The notes beneath the pieces were generated by a model. That model searched no databases. It saw only the letters and a list, made by a program, of their open reading frames with translations, and was not told where the DNA came from. A DNA stretch of 64,000 nucleotides. It comes from an uncultured Acidobacteriota bacterium (GTDB lineage Bacteria; Acidobacteriota; Thermoanaerobaculia; UBA5066; Gp7-AA6). Shown here piece after piece: positions 58,156 to 64,000 of this stretch. Numbering within the stretch: the stretch's first letter is position 1; each line of letters begins with the position of its first letter. The position numbers and the translations under genes are program-made. Where the stretch lies: NCBI GenBank assembly GCA_963832145.1, contig CAWHTA010000005.1, forward strand, positions 158,477-222,476. Reading direction: 5' to 3'.

Positions 58156-58923
58156 CTAACGCTTCCCGCCTTCGAGCAGAGCGTTCAACCGGGCGTGGCC
58201 TTCGCGGCTCACGGGGACCCGCGAGCCGTCGGCGAGGATGGCGACGTAGCTCCCTTTCGAATACAGCTCGAGCCGGGCGAGGCGGTCGACGTTCAACAGG
58301 TACGAGCGGTGGATCCGCACGAACCGATTCGGATCGAGCACTCCCGCGAGCCCTCCGATCGTCTGTTGCTTGCGGAACTTCTTCCCGTTGGTCAGCAGGA
58401 GGATGTAGTCGTCCTGGGCCTCGACGAGGTCGAGCTTTCCGACCGGGATGACGTGCACGCTCGACCCGTCGCGTACGACGATGCGCGTGAGGCGCGTACC
58501 GGGCGGGCGGGCGGCGACCGCGAGCTCCGAGGGGTCGCCTCCGCCTTTCTCTCCGACGCGGCCGCGCGCGCGCTCGAGGGCGGCCGCGAGGCGGTCGGGG
58601 TGAAACGGTTTCAGGACGTAGTCGACCGCGTGGACTTCGAAGGCGCGCAGCGCGTAGCTGTCGTAAGCCGTCACGAACACGACAGCGATGCGGGGATCGA
58701 TGAGCTCCCGCACCTCGAAGCCGTCGAGCTTGGGCATCTCGATGTCGAGAAAGACGACGTCGGGCTGCAGCTCGGAAGCGGCCTTCACCGCCTCGAATCC
58801 GTTCGAACATTCGCCGAGGACCCGGACGCCCGGCAGGGCGGAAAGAACTTCGCGCACGATCGAGCGGGCCGGTTGTTCGTCGTCGACGATGAGGACACCC
58901 GTGTCGACGGGCGCCGTTTTCAC
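58156..58923 (-). CDS. LytR/AlgR-family response regulator (REC + LytTR)
   Basis: GTG start overlapping the HK stop. LIVDDEQPAR, FLDIEMPKLDG, FVRIHRSYLLNVDRL. Confidence 0.9.
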   Translation of the reverse strand: MKTAPVDTGVLIVDDEQPARSIVREVLSALPGVRVLGECSNGFEAVKAASELQPDVVFLDIEMPKLDGFEVRELIDPRIAVVFVTAYDSYALRAFEVHAVDYVLKPFHPDRLAAALERARGRVGEKGGGDPSELAVAARPPGTRLTRIVVRDGSSVHVIPVGKLDLVEAQDDYILLLTNGKKFRKQQTIGGLAGVLDPNRFVRIHRSYLLNVDRLARLELYSKGSYVAILADGSRVPVSREGHARLNALLEGGKR

Positions 58924-59981
58924 GTCGAGATCTCCGCGGGAACCGAGAGCACGACGAGGTATCGGTCCGCGAGCCGGCGGGCGGCGAAGAGACCGTCGGA
59001 TCCGTAACGCGCGAGCAGGCGCTGCCGCACGTTGGGAAGGCCGAGGCCCGTGCCGGCACGCGCGGGAGCGTCCGGATCGAATGGGTTCTCGATGACGATC
59101 CGGAGGCGGTTGCCGGTGCGGCGGGCTTCCAGGCGGATCACTCCCCCCTCGACCCGGGTCGCGATCCCATGGCGCACCGCGTTTTCGACGAGCGGCTGAA
59201 GGAGAAGCGGCGGAACGAGGCAGGCGCGCCCCTCATCCTCCACGTCCTCTTCGACGGCGAGGCGCGAGCCGAAGCGCAGCCGTTCCACGTCGAGGTAAGC
59301 CTTCGCGAGATCGAGCTCCTCGCCCACGGGGATCCTCTCCCGCTCGCCGAGCGCGAGGCTCTTCCGCAGGAAGTCGGACAGCGAAAGGCACATCTCGCGG
59401 GCCCGGCCGGGGTCGCTCCCCGCGAGAGACGAGATCGAGTTCAGGCTGTTGAAGAGGAAGTGGGGATGAATCTGAGCGCGGAGGGCCTTCAGCTCCGCCT
59501 CGCGCGCGAGGACCTGCATCTCGAGCGCGCGGCGCTCGGAGTCGCGGGCGGATTCCGACGCCAGCAGCATCGAGTGAAATGCGAGGGAGAGGGCGTAGAG
59601 AAGCACTCCGGTCGAGAACAGGAGCGGCACCTGCGCGGCGTAGCGCGTGGGGAACGAGTCTCCCCAGTTCGCCGCGAGCAGGCGCGCCACGCCGGCGCCC
59701 GCCAGCACCCACATCGCGCTCGTCAGCACGGCCGCCGAAACGTGCGTGACGACGGTCCGCATCATGTTCGGGCCGCGGAGTGGCGCGGCCCGGGCCGTGT
59801 ACCAGACGGAGAGAAAGAGGAAGAGCGACACAAGCGCCAGCGGGAGCGCGAGAGAGACTCCCTCCGCGAGCGTGAACGCGCCGGGGCGCGCCAGGATCCC
59901 GGTCAGGAGCGCGGCGAGCGGCACGGCGCCGAGCAGGACTCGGAGGACACGGCCCCTGCGGGCGAGGATCGGGTGCATCAC
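58920..59981 (-). CDS. LytS/YehU-type sensor histidine kinase
   Basis: Four to five N-terminal TM helices. QIHPHFLFNSLNSI (His_kinase), LVENAVRHG, GTGLGLPNVRQRL. Confidence 0.85.
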   Translation of the reverse strand: MMHPILARRGRVLRVLLGAVPLAALLTGILARPGAFTLAEGVSLALPLALVSLFLFLSVWYTARAAPLRGPNMMRTVVTHVSAAVLTSAMWVLAGAGVARLLAANWGDSFPTRYAAQVPLLFSTGVLLYALSLAFHSMLLASESARDSERRALEMQVLAREAELKALRAQIHPHFLFNSLNSISSLAGSDPGRAREMCLSLSDFLRKSLALGERERIPVGEELDLAKAYLDVERLRFGSRLAVEEDVEDEGRACLVPPLLLQPLVENAVRHGIATRVEGGVIRLEARRTGNRLRIVIENPFDPDAPARAGTGLGLPNVRQRLLARYGSDGLFAARRLADRYLVVLSVPAEIST

Positions 59982-59994
59982 GGTCGCGACCCGG

Positions 59995-60691
59995 TCAGTT
60001 CTTGATCTCGACGCCGCCCATGAGCGCCGTTCCCCGGATCACCAGTACCTGTTCGGGAGCTGCCCGCGTCGTGCACCGAGGTCCGGGCCTTGTTCTCGAA
60101 CCCTCCCAGAATCGGGAGTCCCCTCACGTCGACCCTCCACTCCGGCGGCACCGTGATCTCGATCCCACCCCAGAGAGCGAAGACGTCCAGAATCGCGGGC
60201 GACGTCACGATGGTCGACCCGCGAAAGTCGAGCTCGACAGCGCCCATGACGGCCGTGGCTTCGCCGCCCCGGTAGTCCTTGCTCTCGACGACGCGGTTCA
60301 CGCCGCCCATCATCGCGAAGTCCGACGAGCCTTCGGTCCGCGAGACGTCCGCCCCTTCGCGGGGTCGTCCCAGGGAGCGCCACAGGAGGAAGCCGCCCGC
60401 GGCGAGCAACAGGACCGGCCAGAGGTAGATCCGCCAGGGCGTAACGAGCATCTGGAGCTGGAGAAAGATGCCGATCCCGAGGACAGCGATGCCGAACGGA
60501 CGCTGCCCCTCCTCCGGCGGCTGGACCACTTTCAGGAGCCCGACGACGACCAGGATCATCGGCCAGTAGTCGACGATCTCGCCGGCGTCCATGACCCCCA
60601 TGTTGTCGAGCAGGAAGATCACGCCAAAGAAGATGAGCAGCCCGCCGAAGATCACTCGGCCCGTGATCCGCGAAGCCAGCGTGTCCGTCAT
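59995..60691 (-). CDS. LiaF-like (DUF2154) membrane protein; one frameshift near 60080
   Basis: N-terminal TM domain with LLDNMGV. The C-terminal beta-domain ...ATAVMGAVELDFRGS...LWGGIEITVPPEW...LGGFENKAR then shifts frame. My translation gives ...TTRAAPEQVLVIRGTALMGGVEIKN* (TGA 59995-59997), the typical family ending. Confidence 0.7.
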
Positions 60692-61083
60692 CGCGTGCCT
60701 CCGTTGGAGAGCGAGTGCGCGTCGTCGGTCTGCGACGCGCGGCGCTCCGTGAGCGCGCGCGCAACGAGCGCGACGCCGGCCAACACGAGAAACATCGGCC
60801 AGACGTCGCGGAGGTGCCAGTCGATGACGTCGAGCTTACGCAGCAGAAAGAACGTGCCGACGGCGGTCATGACGGCTCCCCCGGCGGGATCCCCGGCGTC
60901 CTTCGGCGCGATCAGGGAAGCGAGACCGAACCCGATCAGTACGACCGGCCAGTACTCCCAGATCCGGAAAGCGTCGACGTAACCGAGGTTGTCGAGCATG
61001 AAGATCGTCCCGAGGCCGATCAGGATCACGCCGAAGATTGCGGCCGTGACCCGCCGGTGGCGTTGAGCAATGTCCGTGACCAT
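60688..61083 (-). CDS. LiaI/LiaF-TM-like small membrane protein (DUF5668-like)
   Basis: 131-aa ORF. IFGVILIGLGTIFMLDNLGYVD...WPVVLIGFGL... is a paralog of the N-terminal domain of the downstream gene. ATGA overlap. Confidence 0.7.
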   Translation of the reverse strand: MVTDIAQRHRRVTAAIFGVILIGLGTIFMLDNLGYVDAFRIWEYWPVVLIGFGLASLIAPKDAGDPAGGAVMTAVGTFFLLRKLDVIDWHLRDVWPMFLVLAGVALVARALTERRASQTDDAHSLSNGGTR

Positions 61084-61241
61084 CGTTGTCTCCTCCTTCG
61101 CCGTGAAGTTACGGGATCGGGAGCGGTTCGTCTGCCCGATTCCGGCGAACGGCGGCGCACGACCGGTGAACGGTGGCCGGGGGCCGGGAAAGGGCGCGTT
61201 ATCGGCGTCCGGATGCTATTCTCGAACCCGGAGGAAACCGG

Positions 61242-62789
61242 ATGCCGAGCGAGGTCATCATGCCCCAGATGGGCGAGTCGATCGCCGAGGGGACGATCAC
61301 GAAGTGGCTGAAGAAGGTGGGCGAGCCCGTCAAGCGAGATGAGCCGATCTTCGAGATTTCGACCGACAAAGTGGACGCCGAGATCCCGGCACCGGTCGCC
61401 GGGACTCTCCTCGAGATTCGAGTCCAGGAAGGCCAGACTGTTCCGATCAACACCGTCGTCGCGGTGATCGGCGAGGCCGGCGAAGCGACGGCGACGCCGC
61501 CCGCGGCAGAAGCGAAACCCGCGGAGGCGGCACCGGCTGCGGCGGCCGCCCCGCCCGCGGCTCCTCCGGCGGCCGCTCCCCCGACTCCGGCTCCGGCGGC
61601 CCCGGCCGCAAGCTCTCCGGCTCCCGCCCCGAAGCCCGCCGCCGCTGCTTCCCCGACTCCGGCCGAGCCTCCCGCGGCACCTCCTCCGGCGCCGCCCGCT
61701 CCCGCCGTCGCCGCGAGCGCGCCGGCTCCGTCACCCGCACCCGCCCCTGCCGCGGACCGGGAGGGCGGACGGGTCGAGTCGATCGAGGAACGGATCCGCC
61801 AGCGCTCCTCCCCGCTCGTTCGGAAGATCGCGCAGGACAACGCCGTCGACATCCGGCAGATCGAGGGAACGGGCATCTACAGCCGCGTGACCAAGAACGA
61901 CATCCTCTCGTACATCGAGAACCGCCCGACGGGCGGGCCGGCGACCGCCGCCGCGCCCTCGACGAGGGAAGTCGCTCCACCCGCGCAGGCCGAAGCGGCG
62001 CCGCAGCCCGCGGCGCCTGCACGCGCAGCCGCACCGGCCGCTCCGGCCGCTCCCACCGCACGTCCGTCTCCCGCGATCACCGACCGGGACGAGGTCGTCC
62101 CGATGACGAAGATCCGGAAGATCACCGCCGAGAACATGATCCTGTCGAAGCGGACCTCGGCGCACGTCACGACGGTCTTCCAGGTCGACTACACGAACAT
62201 CGCGCGGCTGCGCGATCGCAACAAGGATGCCTTTCTCGAGAAAAACGGCGTCAAGCTGACGTACCTGCCCTTTATTTTCCGGGCGACGATCCAGGCGCTG
62301 AAGGAGTTTCCCCAGGTCAACGGTTCGATCGACGGCGACAACGTGGTGCTGCACAAGGACATCCACCTCGGAATGGCGGTGGCGCTCGACTGGGGATTGA
62401 TCGTCCCCGTGATCCGCAACGCGGACGAGAAGTCGATCCTCGGCCTCGCCCGGGCGACCCAGGACCTCGCGGAACGCGCGCGCACCAAGCGGTTGAAACC
62501 GGACGAGATCCACGGCGGCACGTTTACCGTGACGAACCCGGGGGTCTTCGGCTCCCTCTTCGGCACTCCGATCATTCCGCAGCCGCAGGTCGGAATCCTG
62601 GGCGTCGGGACGATCGAGAAGCGGCCCGTGGTCGTGGCCGACGAGAACGGCAACGACGCGCTCGGGATCCGGACGGTCGGATACCTCGCCCTGTCGTTCG
62701 ACCACCGCCTGATCGACGGCGCGGACGCCGACCGCTTCCTCGCCACCGTGAAGAAGATCCTGGAAAAGGGCGAGTTCGATCTCGGATAG
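61242..62789 (+). CDS. 2-oxoacid dehydrogenase E2 (dihydrolipoamide acyltransferase)
   Basis: GGAGGA lies upstream of ATG 61242. Lipoyl domain (IFEISTDKVDAEIPAP), a long Ala/Pro linker, PSBD (SPLVRKIAQDNAVDIRQIEGTG), and catalytic LSFDHRLIDGA. Confidence 0.9.
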   Translation: MPSEVIMPQMGESIAEGTITKWLKKVGEPVKRDEPIFEISTDKVDAEIPAPVAGTLLEIRVQEGQTVPINTVVAVIGEAGEATATPPAAEAKPAEAAPAAAAAPPAAPPAAAPPTPAPAAPAASSPAPAPKPAAAASPTPAEPPAAPPPAPPAPAVAASAPAPSPAPAPAADREGGRVESIEERIRQRSSPLVRKIAQDNAVDIRQIEGTGIYSRVTKNDILSYIENRPTGGPATAAAPSTREVAPPAQAEAAPQPAAPARAAAPAAPAAPTARPSPAITDRDEVVPMTKIRKITAENMILSKRTSAHVTTVFQVDYTNIARLRDRNKDAFLEKNGVKLTYLPFIFRATIQALKEFPQVNGSIDGDNVVLHKDIHLGMAVALDWGLIVPVIRNADEKSILGLARATQDLAERARTKRLKPDEIHGGTFTVTNPGVFGSLFGTPIIPQPQVGILGVGTIEKRPVVVADENGNDALGIRTVGYLALSFDHRLIDGADADRFLATVKKILEKGEFDLG

Positions 62790-62798
62790 CGAACCACT

Positions 62799-62947
62799 GT
62801 CATCCTGAGCCCTTCGCTCTAGGCTGTCATCCCGAGCAACGCGAGGGATCCGGTGCGCTTCGACCGACGGCTTCCGCTCAGGACAGGCTCTGCGAAGGAT
62901 CCCTCGAGCTCAGGGGATTCCTCGGCCCTTCCGGGCCTCGGAATGAC
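62799..62947. repeat. Family A repeat, composite/nested double copy
   Basis: gtcatcctgagc at 62799, gtcatcccgagc at 62826, inverted gctcaggac at ~62875, and terminal cctcggaatgac ending at 62947. Confidence 0.75.
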
Positions 62948-63545
62948 ACGCTCGAACCCGATACCGCGCCTCGGAAAGATTCTCCTCGCGCTCTTCCTCT
63001 TCGCGCTGGCGGCGCGGCTCGCCGTCACCGCGGTCACCGGCTTCACGACGGTCCGATTCGGAGACGCCCGCGCCTACCTGAACGCCGCCGAGACGATCGT
63101 CCGGGAGGGACGCTACCCCGCGCGCACCGACGTCTTCTTTTTTCGGCCGCCCGGCTATCCCGCCTTCCTCGCTGTCGCGACCCTCGGGCGTCCCGACTCG
63201 ATCCCGCGGGCGAAAGTCGCGACGGCGGCCGTCGGTGCGCTCTGCGCGCCGCTCCTCGCCGCCCTCTCCGCGCGCATGTTCCGCCGGCGCGGGCTCGCGA
63301 TCGCGACAGGGATGGTCGCCGCGCTCCACCCCGCTTTTCTCGTCGTGGCGAGCGACGTCCAGAGCGAGCCGCTCTTCCTGGCCCTCCTCCTCGGGTCGGG
63401 GATCCTTCTCCTCATCGCTTCCGATCGCCCGTCGACGACGCTCGCGCTCGGCGCCGGAGGGCTTCTCGCGCTCGCGGCCCTCACCCGTTCCTCGGCCCTG
63501 GTTCTCGCGCCCTTTCTACTGGCTCCGATGTTCGACAGCCGTTAT
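62943..63545 (+). CDS. GT39/ArnT-like (PMT_2) membrane glycosyltransferase, N-terminal ~200 aa only (truncated at the composition break)
   Basis: MTRSNPIPRLGKILLALFLFALAARLAV...FFFRPPGYPAFLA...QSEPLFLALLL...ALTRSSALVLAPFLLAP. After ~63540 the ORF reads as nonsense-like text in lower-GC DNA. Confidence 0.6.
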
Positions 63546-63980
63546 CCCGGTCGGGGTGCAGCATGGGCTGCAAACGGGCCACTCCGGCTGCCACTCCGTC
63601 TGCTTGCTTTTTACCTCGGGCATTATGGGCAAACCGCTGCCCGTCCTCGCTATCGCCCCCACCAGTGGCAACTCGCCCTGCACCTGCCGCCTCATTTGCG
63701 CACCGAGCGTTTCCGCGCGAATCTTCCCTTCGTCGATAATTCGCGCATCCCACGTTGAGCGATATCGGCTGGCGGCAAAAACCGGCAAAACAAAGCGCTT
63801 CACCGTGCTCGTCGGCAGCTCGATGGCCATGACGCGCGTTTGGCCTTCGCTGTATTGCCCCGGCGTGAGTTGGAAAACGCCATTGAAGCCTGGCCCGTCG
63901 TTCTCGACCTCCACCGCCACGGGAAACCAACTGCCCTCCGTGGCCATACCGTCGTAGCCCAGGAACACGTCCATTCTCAC
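63540..63980 (-). CDS. Hypothetical protein fragment of different composition (N-terminal ~145 aa; frameshift near 63595; truncated at ~63540)
   Basis: ORF 63516..63980: MRMDVFLGYDGMATEGSWFPVAVEVENDGPGFNGVFQLTPGQYSEGQTRVMAIELPTSTVKRFVLPVFAAS... It continues in another frame as ...VARLQPMLHPDRDNG (ORF 63481..63930). GC is visibly lower than in the rest of the window. Confidence 0.5.
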
Positions 63981-64000
63981 CGCCGCGCCCGCGGTGCCGC

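Noticed and set aside
1-64000. Prophage, integrative element, defence island, toxin-antitoxin or secondary-metabolite cluster
   Set aside because: I could recognise no integrase, transposase, phage structural, restriction, Cas, TA, PKS/NRPS or precursor-peptide genes in any frame. The only accessory-looking locus is the collagen-like gene.

Overview
High-GC (~69%) bacterial chromosomal segment. The gene content (several Hanks kinases, an ECF sigma factor, TPR and BNR proteins) resembles soil Acidobacteriota or Gemmatimonadota-type genomes, but that is inference only. I saw no rRNA, tRNA, CRISPR array, integrase, transposase or phage genes.

Most of the window is housekeeping:
- an arcA-arcC-argF arginine deiminase operon
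- a thrA-thrB-thrC operon
- a molybdenum-cofactor cluster (mogA, moaA, moaC, mobA, and a DUF1343::MobB fusion)
- purB, rlpA, an fpg/nei-family glycosylase, ddl, serA, ribBA
- 2-oxoacid dehydrogenase E1-alpha, E1-beta and E2
- a split acyl-CoA mutase and mccB
- three Ser/Thr kinases
- an ECF sigma/kinase module beside a secreted lipoprotein and beta-propeller set
- a LiaI/LiaF-like plus LytS/LytTR four-gene module

The one clearly accessory locus is at 39.0-44.6 kb. It is a single secreted gene of about 1,860 codons whose central ~4.66 kb is an unbroken Gly-X-Y collagen-like repeat (~518 triplets). That repeat is built from about 10 mosaic super-repeats, has atypical codon usage, and is flanked by unique N- and C-terminal domains.

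The assembly contains many frame breaks, several at G-runs: 11 in the collagen-like gene, a dense cluster in 1-4.7 kb, and single events in serA and three other genes. Every 'pseudogene' call here may therefore be a sequencing artefact.

Two families of short palindromic intergenic repeats recur. Gene junctions with 4-nt ATGA/GTGA/TTGA overlaps are common. At ~63.54 kb the composition changes abruptly and two genes are truncated head-on, which suggests a chimeric join or an insertion boundary.
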